Virus record (IMG/VR): IMGVR_UViG_3300043446_002177
Span: 1 to 63,112 of that record
Strand: one strand, 5' to 3'
Source: a virus
Lineage: Duplodnaviria > Caudoviricetes
Length of the DNA: 63,112 nt
Position numbers and translations under genes: made by a program. Under the pieces are notes generated by a model. The model worked only from the letters and a program-made list of their open reading frames with translations, was not told where the DNA came from and searched no databases. This document shows positions 36,801-47,177 of this stretch, piece after piece (the first letter of the stretch is position 1; each line of letters begins with the position of its first letter).

Positions 36801-37379
36801 TTACTGTGAAATTCCAGGTTGGAACGCACCAACTTTTCTTACATAAACAGTATTACCACCATTAATGGTCCAAGCTTCAATAACATAACGCTTGTCGGTA
36901 GCTGAGTCTAAACTTAAAAATCCAGTAAATGTTGAATCAACAATTACAACACCGCTAGTAGTTGCTAAGGTAATAGTTTTTGGAGTACCGTTATTAACAA
37001 TATCAACTCTAATTCTAGATTCAACACCGCTTGCAGGCCAGTTGCTAAATGTTAGAGTGTACGGGCTAACACCACCAGCTGTAACAGTTTGATAGTGTCC
37101 GTTTCTAATATCAATGAAAGTTGCGCCTGTTACTGTTCCTATTCCGTAAAAAGAATTATAAACATTACTAAACTCAGCATTTTCAATCATCTTACCGTTA
37201 AAATTATTGTCGTCGTTTAGTTTAGCAGTATTAGTTTGTAAATTGCTTATTTCACTGGCAGCAGTAGTCAATCCTAGTTTAATATAACTAAAATTGTCTC
37301 TAAATCCCTGGCTGTTATTGTCTTTACCTGCAATCGGGTAAGTTTCATCTATATTAGTGTAGTTAATTGCACTGGTCAT
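36801..37379 (-). CDS. virion structural protein (baseplate/tail)
   Basis: ID-x-x-Y-P-x-A-G-x-D-N-x-S-Q-G-F-R-D-N-F N-terminal motif; beta-rich C-terminus. Confidence 0.7.
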   Translation of the reverse strand: MTSAINYTNIDETYPIAGKDNNSQGFRDNFSYIKLGLTTAASEISNLQTNTAKLNDDNNFNGKMIENAEFSNVYNSFYGIGTVTGATFIDIRNGHYQTVTAGGVSPYTLTFSNWPASGVESRIRVDIVNNGTPKTITLATTSGVVIVDSTFTGFLSLDSATDKRYVIEAWTINGGNTVYVRKVGAFQPGISQ

Positions 37380-39988
37380 GTTACAGTAGTCCTATCGTTT
37401 TTAAACACTAGATATTTATCCGCTGTATAACCCTCTACAGAATCTATTATGTAGCGGTCTATCACATAGTCAATTTGTTTAAAATCAAACGCTTTATTTT
37501 TAATGTTTAGTAAAATATCGTCTGCTGTTCCTGGTTTACAAAAGCATAATGGAATTGCAGGTATAAAATCTAATTCTTGAACTTCGCCGTCTTGAATAGA
37601 TCTCATCCATAAAGGCAAATAGTGCCTATCTCTTAAACCTAAAGATTTAATTCTTTTACGCCATAAAGATATACTGTTGGGAAATTTATATACATTATAA
37701 GGATCTCCGGCAAAAACATCAGATCTATCAATAGAAACATCTAACGGGTTAGATGGTCCCCAATATTGGGTGTCTAGATTAAACGGACCATTATAATACG
37801 ATTCATCTTGGTCAACAGTAATTGGGGTAATACTGTCTGTGTTTCCAGTTTTGATAACTAAAGGCAAATAATTTTTATTGTGTTCTAAAGGATCTATAAC
37901 ATCGATGTAAATAACTTCGTATACAATTGTGTTAGTTCCGGGTATTTTAGCTTTGGCTTTTTTTACATCCCCTAAAGTAAATTTTTTCTTAGCATGATTA
38001 AGACCAATAGCACTGGCAACTTTAGAAGCTGACTGAGTTTCAATACCGCCAAACACTAACATTTTTAATTCTGTTTGCATACCAAAATTTGGATCTTCTG
38101 GTCTGTATACTGAAGTGATTGGAAATATTGTAGCATCTGTAATAAATCCTCTAAATAAATCTCTTTGGCTTTGTTTTAAGAAAGGTTTTACAGATAAGTT
38201 ACTATATAATTTATCGTTTGGTGTGCTAATATAAATTGTAAAATCTCTAGTTACCGCACTATACCCGGCAACATCTCTAGCTTCTACAGTAAATGTGTAA
38301 GAACGATCGATGGTAGTATCACTATCATCTAATATTAAATCGCTTTGGTCAAACGTAATCAAACCAGATCCCGGTGTATCTCCAAATTGATTTACTTTAC
38401 CAATTATTTCTCCGTCTAGGTTTAATGTAAGACCTGGAGGTAATTGACCTTCAGTTATGACATAAATTAATAATGAGTTAGTAAGAGTACTAGTTGCACT
38501 AACAGATAAGCTGCTAATTAAATTAGCTTCAATAAATCCTAAGTTACTATCAGTATTCCAGGTGATAATACTGTCTAAATCCCCAATGATATCAACAGTA
38601 AATGTACGTCTAGACCTAGCAGTTTCTTGTGTATCACTAAATCTTAAAGCACTGATTGTAAATTCGTAATTGAGTGTAATAGCAGGTTGGTAAGGAACTA
38701 CCCCAAACACTTCAGCAGTTCCTTGATCAAATGACATTCCAGTTGGTATAATACTATCTGTACCAAGATCGATATAAGTTTTGTTAGGAATACCAATTAA
38801 CAAATTAGGTGTAATAGTTAGTACATACTCGGTGCTGGTTACAGTTTGAACACTAACAATTTTGTAAACTTGTTCAGTAGCATTAGCTACATAATTTTGC
38901 AGACAAATTTTATGTCCTACAGTTGGCGCAGCACTTGCTGATTTAATTCTTATTTTGTTTCGGCCAATCTTATTCTCGGTTGTTAACGTTGTGTTAGCAA
39001 TACCGGATGTTTTAGGATTTACTAAGTCTAAATTGTAAACAATAGGCCCTAGCTCTAACCCGTCGTATGTATCTAATTTAAAAGTTTGATAATTGTTTGC
39101 CCGACGCACACCTAGGTTTTGAGGAGTTGTCCAGATAGGAGCGCGAACATACGTAGTATCTGCTGTAAACACAGTATTGCCTGCGCCAGCCGACAATGCT
39201 ATAGTATCTGTTCTAAAGAAGTCATCACCGACTACATAGATCTTAAATGTTCGAGATACTTCAGTATCACCATCAGTTACTATTACACGAAACTCGTAGT
39301 AACGATTTAATTTTTTTGGCAACTTTGATGGTATGCTATAGTCAAAAGTTACAGTATCAAATACATAGCTATCATATCCGTTAGTTGATCGGTAACCAAA
39401 ATCGTAGGCAATCTTATCGTATGTAGTGGTATCAAAACTACCATCGCCTACAGTTTCAGGAATAGCTAATGCAGGTTGTATCCATCCAACAATTCGACCA
39501 GTGTCTGTAAGAATTAAACCCGGAGGTAATGTTCCTCCGTTTTTAGGTATAAAAAATTTAAGTGTTTGTCCAGCAGCAGTGTCAAAGTCGATAGCACTTA
39601 GTTGAAAATCAATATAACTGTTATCTAATACATAATACTGATTTGGATTATAGACATCTAAGTCTCCAGAAGGTGTTTGCCACTGTGGCGGATCTGATCC
39701 TTCTACATTAATAAAAAATGTGCGATCTGCTATTTGATTAGCGTATTTTGCTCGAATTACAAATTCAAAAGTTGTAGGTCTTGGGACTTCGTATGCACTA
39801 CCTGTGATTTTATCTTCATTTAAATTTAAACCAGGAGGAAGTCGGCCAGATATAACTGTAAAACTTAAACTTGTGCTGTCATTAAAATTATTTTCATAAC
39901 TAACTGGTAAAGATAGGTTTACTCGAGACCTTTCTTGTATGGTCCCAAATGAATAGCCTGACTGTTCGCTCCAGATATTTAAAGCCAT
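37376..39988 (-). CDS. virion structural protein with putative Ig (He_PIG-like) repeats, baseplate-associated
   Basis: Repeated G-x-L-P-P-G-L-x-L ... G-x-I-x-G ... Y-x-F-T-V-x-A units. Confidence 0.72.
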   Translation of the reverse strand: MALNIWSEQSGYSFGTIQERSRVNLSLPVSYENNFNDSTSLSFTVISGRLPPGLNLNEDKITGSAYEVPRPTTFEFVIRAKYANQIADRTFFINVEGSDPPQWQTPSGDLDVYNPNQYYVLDNSYIDFQLSAIDFDTAAGQTLKFFIPKNGGTLPPGLILTDTGRIVGWIQPALAIPETVGDGSFDTTTYDKIAYDFGYRSTNGYDSYVFDTVTFDYSIPSKLPKKLNRYYEFRVIVTDGDTEVSRTFKIYVVGDDFFRTDTIALSAGAGNTVFTADTTYVRAPIWTTPQNLGVRRANNYQTFKLDTYDGLELGPIVYNLDLVNPKTSGIANTTLTTENKIGRNKIRIKSASAAPTVGHKICLQNYVANATEQVYKIVSVQTVTSTEYVLTITPNLLIGIPNKTYIDLGTDSIIPTGMSFDQGTAEVFGVVPYQPAITLNYEFTISALRFSDTQETARSRRTFTVDIIGDLDSIITWNTDSNLGFIEANLISSLSVSATSTLTNSLLIYVITEGQLPPGLTLNLDGEIIGKVNQFGDTPGSGLITFDQSDLILDDSDTTIDRSYTFTVEARDVAGYSAVTRDFTIYISTPNDKLYSNLSVKPFLKQSQRDLFRGFITDATIFPITSVYRPEDPNFGMQTELKMLVFGGIETQSASKVASAIGLNHAKKKFTLGDVKKAKAKIPGTNTIVYEVIYIDVIDPLEHNKNYLPLVIKTGNTDSITPITVDQDESYYNGPFNLDTQYWGPSNPLDVSIDRSDVFAGDPYNVYKFPNSISLWRKRIKSLGLRDRHYLPLWMRSIQDGEVQELDFIPAIPLCFCKPGTADDILLNIKNKAFDFKQIDYVIDRYIIDSVEGYTADKYLVFKNDRTTVT

Positions 39989-39991
39989 ATG

Positions 39992-40999
39992 TTATACTAA
40001 ATTGACCCAAGAACCGTTTTCATAACCTTGGAACTTGCCAAGGTCTGAGTTATAAATTAACATTCCGTTAGCAACTGACATTGCATTTCTTGTTGCAGTA
40101 CTAATACCAGTTAATTGTAAACTGCTGCCAGTAACATAAACACTGCCAGCCATGACTATTCTACCAGTACCACTAGATGTTAATGTCAAGTTTGCATTTG
40201 AAGTAATAGTAGATAAACCATTTTGACTTAATCTAACATCACCAACAGTTAGAGTCGTGTCGGTAGGAATTGTAATATTTTTATTTGTTGCTAATGCACC
40301 CAATTGCCTAATTCTAAAAATACCATCCCCTGTAATTTCAGCATTTATTGCTGGAAATGCACCGTTGGCTGTTAAGAATCGTAAATTTGCTTGGACAAAA
40401 TTAGTGTTTGTATCTGCGGTAGCAGTTGATTGTATAGCACCACCTCCTAACACAGTAGTTCCGTTCCACGCACCAAATACAATATTTGCTAAACGATCTC
40501 CAGATAATACTTTAGTTTGTGCTAATGGACTTCCTCTAGATCTTAAAAAATTAAAATTTACTGCTTCTTGAGTATTATGATGTTGAGCAAATACTAAACC
40601 GTTAACTGGATTAGAACTGTATGTTCCTCTAACAATATAAAGATTCCCATCAAGTCCGCCTGGAGCATCTCCGATTACTGTTAAACCATTTGCTGGTGCT
40701 ATGTTTAAATTTCCGCTGGTGTTCGACACAACACCTGCAAGTAAAATTTTTCCAGTTCCGTTGGGATCAATTGATATATTTCCATTACTGGTTGAAGTTA
40801 TACTAAAACCGTTTACTGATAAGTTTCCTCCTAAGGTAGGACTAGTATCAGTAACGAGAGATGTTACAGGCACTCCGCCGGCAGTCGAACCGTCTCCAAC
40901 ATATACTTTTTTTGTATCAGTTGTGTAGAGCAATTCTCCCTCTGCCGGGTTTATTGTTGTTCTTAAGGAATTAACTCCTCGTCTAATTTGCAAAGCCAT
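39992..40999 (-). CDS. tail fibre-like protein (Mtd/hyaluronidase-type N-terminus)
   Basis: LQIRRG ... GELLYTTDTKKVYVGDG, DTSPTLGGNL, C-terminal GMLIYNSD..KFQGY..GSW. Confidence 0.75.
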   Translation of the reverse strand: MALQIRRGVNSLRTTINPAEGELLYTTDTKKVYVGDGSTAGGVPVTSLVTDTSPTLGGNLSVNGFSITSTSNGNISIDPNGTGKILLAGVVSNTSGNLNIAPANGLTVIGDAPGGLDGNLYIVRGTYSSNPVNGLVFAQHHNTQEAVNFNFLRSRGSPLAQTKVLSGDRLANIVFGAWNGTTVLGGGAIQSTATADTNTNFVQANLRFLTANGAFPAINAEITGDGIFRIRQLGALATNKNITIPTDTTLTVGDVRLSQNGLSTITSNANLTLTSSGTGRIVMAGSVYVTGSSLQLTGISTATRNAMSVANGMLIYNSDLGKFQGYENGSWVNLV

Positions 41000-41015
41000 T
41001 AATATCTCCTAAACC

Positions 41016-41603
41016 TTAAAATGATCCTAAATCTAGTGTAAATCCTTCCGGACTGGTAAAACTACCAAAATCTAATCCGCCACCACCTGTGGCAGTTACA
41101 TTTCCTGGGCGCCATAGACCTGCACTAAAAATCAAAGCCTGACCTTGTGTAGGAGCAGTTGATGCTACATTTGATAAACTGTTTAACGAATGATTTGATA
41201 AACTACTTACTTGTCCAGTTACATTACCAGTTACATTACCAGTTATATTTCCCGTTACATTTCCCGTTACATTTCCAGTTACATTGCCTGTATGAACGCC
41301 AGCAGTATTTCCAGTTACGTTTCCTATAACGTTTGCTGTTATTGTTCCAGTAGTTGCGACAGTAATAGTTGTTCCATTGCTAGTAACAGCAATATTTGTA
41401 CCGGCAGCAATACTTCTAAATTGTAAATTACCGTTAGATTTTGATGCAAATACAGGAGCACCTGCTCCTAAGTTTACACCATTGCTAGCGGTTAAGTTGT
41501 TTAAATAGTCAAAATTATCGTTAACTTTACCAAAGGCGGTGCGAAGATCATCGCCTGTCCCGTCGTTAGCATAGGTACCTAAGTTAATTGTTTGTAGTGA
41601 CAT
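41016..41603 (-). CDS. baseplate/tail protein with T4 gp9/gp10-like N-terminus
   Basis: INLGTYANDGTGDDLRTAFGKVNDNF; GNVT repeats. Confidence 0.75.
   Translation of the reverse strand: MSLQTINLGTYANDGTGDDLRTAFGKVNDNFDYLNNLTASNGVNLGAGAPVFASKSNGNLQFRSIAAGTNIAVTSNGTTITVATTGTITANVIGNVTGNTAGVHTGNVTGNVTGNVTGNITGNVTGNVTGQVSSLSNHSLNSLSNVASTAPTQGQALIFSAGLWRPGNVTATGGGGLDFGSFTSPEGFTLDLGSF
41216..41335 (-). repeat. 12-bp coding tandem repeat (GNVT)n
   Basis: Repeated ccagttacatt/cccgttacatt units. Confidence 0.85.
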
Positions 41604-41626
41604 GTCTCACCCTCATTATAGTATAT

Positions 41627-42331
41627 TTAGTTGGTTTTGAGTTTTGCTAATCTAAGCGCCTTTAATATACGTATATAAACCCATCCTATGTCAAATTCAT
41701 ACCACTTTAAACTTAATTTTGCACTAGTGCCGTTGCCGTGATGATTGTTGTGCAGTTCTTCACCGCCTATCCATATGCCCCAGGGTAATAAATTACGGCT
41801 AGTATCCTTGACCTTGTAATTACGATATCCCCACCAGTGTGCTAGTCCGTTGATTACGCCAGCTGCCCAAATAGGAATCCACAGCATTTGTACACCCCAC
41901 ACTAATAACCCCCAAGGGCCAAAAAGAACAAGATCTATGATCAACATCAAAAGAATCCCTAGGATGGGGTGGGGTGTATAAATTCTGCGCTCTAGCCAGT
42001 CATTGGGCGTACCTATACCCAATTTCATAACTTCTGGGTCGCGTTTAGATTTAACATACAGGAAAGCACCGCCAAACAACACACGCCATATTCCGTAGAT
42101 TTTAGGACTGTGGGGATCAGCAGCCGTGTCAGCAGCCTGATGGTGCTTACGATGTACAGCTACCCATTCACGAGTATTCATGCCTGTAGTTAACCACAAC
42201 CAAAGGCGCATAGGATGACTTATAATAGGATGAAATGTTACTGAACGATGAGCCTGACTGCGATGTAAGTAAAGTGTAACACACATGATAGTTATGTGTG
42301 TCATTACTAATGTAATTAAAAATGTTATCAT
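41627..42331 (-). CDS. membrane fatty-acid desaturase (delta-9/DesA-like)
   Basis: Three His boxes HRSQAH, HRKHH, HNNHH; EFDIGW. Confidence 0.92.
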   Translation of the reverse strand: MITFLITLVMTHITIMCVTLYLHRSQAHRSVTFHPIISHPMRLWLWLTTGMNTREWVAVHRKHHQAADTAADPHSPKIYGIWRVLFGGAFLYVKSKRDPEVMKLGIGTPNDWLERRIYTPHPILGILLMLIIDLVLFGPWGLLVWGVQMLWIPIWAAGVINGLAHWWGYRNYKVKDTSRNLLPWGIWIGGEELHNNHHGNGTSAKLSLKWYEFDIGWVYIRILKALRLAKLKTN

Positions 42332-42335
42332 AATG

Positions 42336-42352
42336 TATTTACCCTATAAATA
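42336..42352. promoter_or_regulatory. back-to-back late promoter motifs (TAAATA minus / TATAAATA plus)
   Basis: tattta at 42336-42341 and TATAAATA at 42345-42352 between divergent genes; TATAAATA is the T4 late consensus. Confidence 0.65.
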
Positions 42353-42357
42353 CTCCG

Positions 42358-42819
42358 ATGAATATACACGCAGATAAAGATTTTTGGATTAACTTAACGT
42401 GGCCTGCGGCTCCGAATAACGCAGATTACAAAGTATTTGAAAGTTTTTGCTATGGTAGAGTTTTATTGCTAGGTAGCACTAGATTGTTATTGCCGTTATG
42501 TACTGAAGCTTGGGACATAGAACCTAAATATGCTAATCCTAAAATAAAGAATAGAGATTGGTTTACATTAGTTGAACACTGGGATACAGTAATCATAGAC
42601 GGCGGGTTAGCGTTTGGAGAACAATTCTGTAAAGATCTGTTAAATGTAGTGCTACCAAACTGTGATAGATTTGTAGCCCGTGCTTTCTTAAATCCTAATT
42701 GGCCCACAAAGTATGCTGTGTACTTTCCACGCAGAGAAGAATTGACTCCTCAACCCGAAGAACACAATATTAACGAAATTTATACATTTTATATATGGAA
42801 CAACGACAAACAATCTTAG
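42358..42819 (+). CDS. hypothetical protein (possibly a degenerate Rossmann/methyltransferase-like fold)
   Basis: VLLLGST ... WDIEP ... WDTVIIDG; co-transcribed with the QueC-like gene. Confidence 0.5.
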   Translation: MNIHADKDFWINLTWPAAPNNADYKVFESFCYGRVLLLGSTRLLLPLCTEAWDIEPKYANPKIKNRDWFTLVEHWDTVIIDGGLAFGEQFCKDLLNVVLPNCDRFVARAFLNPNWPTKYAVYFPRREELTPQPEEHNINEIYTFYIWNNDKQS

Positions 42820-43388
42820 CTATGTACTCGGGTGGGCTAGACAGCCTAGGTATGGTATACAAACTCTTAACCGAAGATCGGTACAAAGATTACGATGTAC
42901 ACATTCATCACGTTCATAACAAGAACGTAGAAAATAGACATGGTGCCGAAGCCATTGCTGTTGATATTGCTACAAAGGAATTAAAGAACTTGGGATTTAA
43001 GTTTGCCTACAGCGAAAGCGAAATAGGTACAGTTCCATTTGGCGATGACTTTATGTTCGATACAGACAGTATGAATTTCTTTGCTGGTTACGTTTGTAGC
43101 GTTAATCCTAACATCGTAAAAGTTGCCATGGGTATGCAGGCTAACGATGCTAATCAACGCCTAGAAGAACGACGTATCCGCGGTAATAAAATACTACAGG
43201 CATTCACTGGTGCTGAAAAAATTTACCCTGTGATGAACATGACTAAACGTGAGATATACGATATGCTACCAGAGTCATTGCGTAATATGTTTTGGAGTTG
43301 TAGACGTCCTGTGTACAGTGAAAAAAATATCGCACCTTGTGGAAAGTGCGATACTTGTATTACACTACGAGAGCAGGGTATTCGTTAA
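42795..43388 (+). CDS. QueC-like PP-loop ATPase
   Basis: MYSGGLDS PP-loop and C-terminal SC...PCGKCDTC Zn site; canonical QueC VPxRN and YPDC motifs not seen. Confidence 0.7.
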   Translation: MEQRQTILAMYSGGLDSLGMVYKLLTEDRYKDYDVHIHHVHNKNVENRHGAEAIAVDIATKELKNLGFKFAYSESEIGTVPFGDDFMFDTDSMNFFAGYVCSVNPNIVKVAMGMQANDANQRLEERRIRGNKILQAFTGAEKIYPVMNMTKREIYDMLPESLRNMFWSCRRPVYSEKNIAPCGKCDTCITLREQGIR

Positions 43389-46300
43389 TCCCACGATCCG
43401 CCACTCTGTTGCCATGCACCGTCAGTGAATATCAAGGTACAGAATCCACGACTATCAAAATAACTGGCATTGGCATCATTTAATATTCTGAATGGATACA
43501 GTCCTCCGTTGGTACCGTTAAAACCTCCAACTCTGTAGTTGCCAACATCAACACTTACATTAGCAGGTGTTATGCCAGACTGCGGAACAAGATACATGAT
43601 CTGTCCTTCTACGCCATCGGCTAATGTGTAAAAACCATCAGCCAGTTTGTTGATAGATTTATTCAAATCTAATGCCATGGAATCATTTACAGAAGTCACA
43701 GTGATATTAGATGTGTTGCCAGGTGTTCCACCTAAAGAACCAGCATCCAACTGATCTATAACAGTATTAACTTCTATGTTACCTGGATAACTCACAATGG
43801 TATAGGCCGCTGTGCCACCGCTGACAACTACCGTATAAACTATGCCAACAATACTGCCTGTAAACGGACCATAAGAGCCGTCCGATAATGATACTCCGTA
43901 AGTTGAATCGCCAAGTGTAAGAGGAATGCCAGTGTTTGGAGTCGCTGTCTTGGTCACTGTGCTATTGACCACAGCACCTGGTAATGTTGTTGTACCATCT
44001 CTATCAAAATGCCATGTTAGAGTGCTGCCGTTTGCGTCATTGACGCCAATGGTAACCTTGGTATCTGCAGGTGATGGATCATTGGTGAAATCATCGGTCA
44101 TGTCATCGTAGGCACCAATCATGATGCCTGCCACTGGACCATATCCACCCTCGGGATATGTTTGACTACCACCCCACCATAGGCCAAGATATTCTGTGTC
44201 ATCTTTGGCCCACACAACACTTTCTTTGTCTCCCATGGGCTGTGGATCATTGGGCCACAGGGTGCCTATCAGTAGGTCTCCGGGGAACGTTGCTAGGCCA
44301 GTTCCACTGAAACTCCAAGTGTTTCCGCTGACAGCGATGTCTACAGTTGCTGGCGCAAATGGAGTATATGTTGGCGAACTTACTGTGAGTGGAAAGTCCA
44401 TAGACTGGTAATAACCAGTGGGCAAACCAATCCTAAAGTTTCCATCAGATAGACCAGTGTATGCTACTGTCTGTGGATCGCCGCCGCCGTTCATGGTGAT
44501 GATGTCTCCAGGAACAATGGTATTGAATGGTGCTATGTCTGGCACATCAACATACAACACATTCTGCAGATTGATTGTATCAATTAAGGCAATAGATATA
44601 GGAGGATGTCCAATCTGTGTTGTTTCTGCTGTAGAGTTCAGCGCCACGCCAAAGGCCAAGAGTAAACTGCCTGCCACGGTCAATTGACCAGCGTTGTCAA
44701 ACTTCCATTCAAATTCTTCGTTGGCACCTGTGCGTATGTAGACTTCACCGTTGTTGCCAGTGCCGTGTTTCTTACCGCCAAAGATGCGAACATCACCACC
44801 ATCACCGTTGCCACCTTCTACAGCATCACCGCCTCTGATTTCAACATAGCCACCAGTGGGACTATTGTTCCAACCTGCGGCGCTACCGCCTTCGATCTTT
44901 ACATAGCCGCCATCACTGTTTTGTCCCTGTCCACCGCGGACCTTGATGTCGCCACCCGAGCCACCGCCACCATCACTTTCGCCACCTACACCGCCCCAGA
45001 TGTAGACATCACCACCTTCGCCCGCGGTATTCTGTCCCCAGGTACCGTAGCCACGCTGTCCTTGTATGATGATGCGCTGTGCGTTAGGGTAAATTTGAGT
45101 GGAAGTAGATCCTGTGATAATGGTTTGGCCTTGATTAGTGCCCAGTTTTAATGTACTACCTTGTAAACCGTAGTTATAGTTCCAGCCTGTGCTACTAAGG
45201 TTTGGCAACTGTATGCTGCCATCAGGCATGAATTCCCAAGTCTTGTTGGTGTTGTCACCATCAGCTACAATTCTTACGCCATCTTCAGTGCCGTTGTTGC
45301 GTATCTCTACCAAGTCTTTACCACGAATACGCACATCGTCGTCGCCGTAGAGATTGATATCTCGCGATTGAACTTCAAATGATTCGTCCCTATCATTGAG
45401 GAAGAAACCCACTGTGTTTTCGCCACCCATGTAGAAACGGCTGCGGAATGTCACATAGAATCTAATTTCAGTTACTTCAGTTGGATCAGTGGCCGGAGCG
45501 TCTTCAGTATAGATATAGTTGTTGCTCCAGTTGGTGATTGTCTGTGGATCACCACCATTGATGCTCACTGTTTTTGACTGCCAACGACCAAGGTCGTTTA
45601 AGAATCTGCGGAAATCCACTTGATTGCTGTTGTTTGTATCACCGTTGTCAAACTGAATATAGCCATCATTGCCTGAAGTGACCCAGTTGGCAGTACCAGT
45701 CCAGGCCCAGGTGCCATAGTAAAAGTTATTTTTTACATCGTATCTAATCTCAGCACCATCTCCTGATTTTACTGCATTTTCAAACACATTGCCGTTGACC
45801 ACACGGAGATCGCCCAGCGTGGTTGCTGTTTTCTGTACAGATCCATCAGCAAAGGTAATGCCCAATCTGGTACCAGTTGGATCTATCTCTCTGCGAAGAT
45901 AAGCAAAACTACCACCGTTGTTTTGTCCCCAGTCAGTGAATTTCACTGTGTAGTATCTATCGTTGATGGTGTCGTGCATGAGCAGTTCAGCACCCACCAG
46001 GTGATTGCCTAGCTGTCCGTGTACAGCAGAATACAATGGTTTCCAGGTGCGTGTGGTGATATCAGTAAAGTCATCCCAGCCGTCATCATTCCACAACGTG
46101 CCTGTAGGAGTGTTGTCTGGATCCCATTCAGCATCCACTTCGCTGTTATAGATTCCACCTGCCTGGTCGCGTTTGATAGTGAGTCCTGGGCCTATTTCGT
46201 CACCTAGGTTGGTGTCGTCGGCACCACGCACAAAATAAACACCGTTGGATAAATCCAGCAGGGTACGAGTGTAGGAGAATCCTGATCTTCCATCTAAGGA

Positions 46301-47176
46301 TTGGTTAGCACCTCCACCATTGTTGGGTTGCCAAAAGTGAAATTTGATCTTGTAATATTTGTCATTGATGGTGTCGTGCATGACAAATTGTTTGTGTGTG
46401 ACCACTGATCCAATGTTTTGATCACAGGCCTCATAGAATGTTGTGTAGGTTCTTGTTTGCACATCAGTTAGATCGCCCCAGCCATCTGCATTCCACTCAG
46501 TGCCCAAAGGACTTTGGTTGCTGTTCCAGTTGGTTTCCACATTGTCTGCAGAGTTGTAGATACCGCCGTTGTTGCCACGTTTTAGAGTGAGCCCAGTGTC
46601 AATCACATCAACTGTGTTTATTTCATTATTAGGTCTTTCAAAATCAACAACTGTGCTCAACACATTGTTGTTGGTATAAGGAATAGTACCAGTAAGTTGT
46701 ACATTTGTAGCCGTGCCGTTGAATGTTCCGCCGCCTAATACTGAATTACCGTTGCTATCTTTAATATCACCACCTGCTGGTAATGAAAGGTCACCATTGG
46801 CGTCAAATACCCAAGTCTTGTTATTAGTTGATACAGTAACAGCACCATCACCGCCACTGTTATTTTGAATAGTTAGATCGCCGCCCTCTTCGGTTGTTGG
46901 TATATAAATGCTACCATCGGCATTGCCTTGTCCTGGTTGTATGTAAAGGCCATTACCTGTGCTGTTGTAGGCTGTGTCACCATTGAACGCCCACTGACCA
47001 GTATCGCCTCCACCACCTTCACTGGTTAGATAACTGAGCTGTGTCCAGGTACTGGTACCATCACCCATTTTGATTTTGTTGTTGGTAGTATCGTAGCCTG
47101 GTTCTCCCAATGCTAGTACAGGGTTTGCTGATGACCAGTTGGCCGCTGTATCTCTACGTAGTTTAATTTTTGCCAT
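43385..47176 (-). CDS. long tail fibre / receptor-binding protein
   Basis: KIKLRRDTAANW..NPVLALGEPGYDT..K.K.GDG Mtd-like N-terminus; Gly-rich GG-x-V-x-I-x-GG repeats; W-x-F-x-x-x-G repeats. Confidence 0.8.
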   Translation of the reverse strand: MAKIKLRRDTAANWSSANPVLALGEPGYDTTNNKIKMGDGTSTWTQLSYLTSEGGGGDTGQWAFNGDTAYNSTGNGLYIQPGQGNADGSIYIPTTEEGGDLTIQNNSGGDGAVTVSTNNKTWVFDANGDLSLPAGGDIKDSNGNSVLGGGTFNGTATNVQLTGTIPYTNNNVLSTVVDFERPNNEINTVDVIDTGLTLKRGNNGGIYNSADNVETNWNSNQSPLGTEWNADGWGDLTDVQTRTYTTFYEACDQNIGSVVTHKQFVMHDTINDKYYKIKFHFWQPNNGGGANQSLDGRSGFSYTRTLLDLSNGVYFVRGADDTNLGDEIGPGLTIKRDQAGGIYNSEVDAEWDPDNTPTGTLWNDDGWDDFTDITTRTWKPLYSAVHGQLGNHLVGAELLMHDTINDRYYTVKFTDWGQNNGGSFAYLRREIDPTGTRLGITFADGSVQKTATTLGDLRVVNGNVFENAVKSGDGAEIRYDVKNNFYYGTWAWTGTANWVTSGNDGYIQFDNGDTNNSNQVDFRRFLNDLGRWQSKTVSINGGDPQTITNWSNNYIYTEDAPATDPTEVTEIRFYVTFRSRFYMGGENTVGFFLNDRDESFEVQSRDINLYGDDDVRIRGKDLVEIRNNGTEDGVRIVADGDNTNKTWEFMPDGSIQLPNLSSTGWNYNYGLQGSTLKLGTNQGQTIITGSTSTQIYPNAQRIIIQGQRGYGTWGQNTAGEGGDVYIWGGVGGESDGGGGSGGDIKVRGGQGQNSDGGYVKIEGGSAAGWNNSPTGGYVEIRGGDAVEGGNGDGGDVRIFGGKKHGTGNNGEVYIRTGANEEFEWKFDNAGQLTVAGSLLLAFGVALNSTAETTQIGHPPISIALIDTINLQNVLYVDVPDIAPFNTIVPGDIITMNGGGDPQTVAYTGLSDGNFRIGLPTGYYQSMDFPLTVSSPTYTPFAPATVDIAVSGNTWSFSGTGLATFPGDLLIGTLWPNDPQPMGDKESVVWAKDDTEYLGLWWGGSQTYPEGGYGPVAGIMIGAYDDMTDDFTNDPSPADTKVTIGVNDANGSTLTWHFDRDGTTTLPGAVVNSTVTKTATPNTGIPLTLGDSTYGVSLSDGSYGPFTGSIVGIVYTVVVSGGTAAYTIVSYPGNIEVNTVIDQLDAGSLGGTPGNTSNITVTSVNDSMALDLNKSINKLADGFYTLADGVEGQIMYLVPQSGITPANVSVDVGNYRVGGFNGTNGGLYPFRILNDANASYFDSRGFCTLIFTDGAWQQSGGSWD

Positions 47177-47177
47177 T

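Noticed and set aside
41216-41335. 12-bp tandem repeats as possible origin iterons
   Set aside because: Vary at synonymous positions and encode (GNVT)n within a fibre protein
43385-47176. Mtd-like N-terminus suggesting a diversity-generating retroelement
   Set aside because: Only the generic fibre N-terminal domain is present; no RT and no TR/VR pair differing at adenines was noticed
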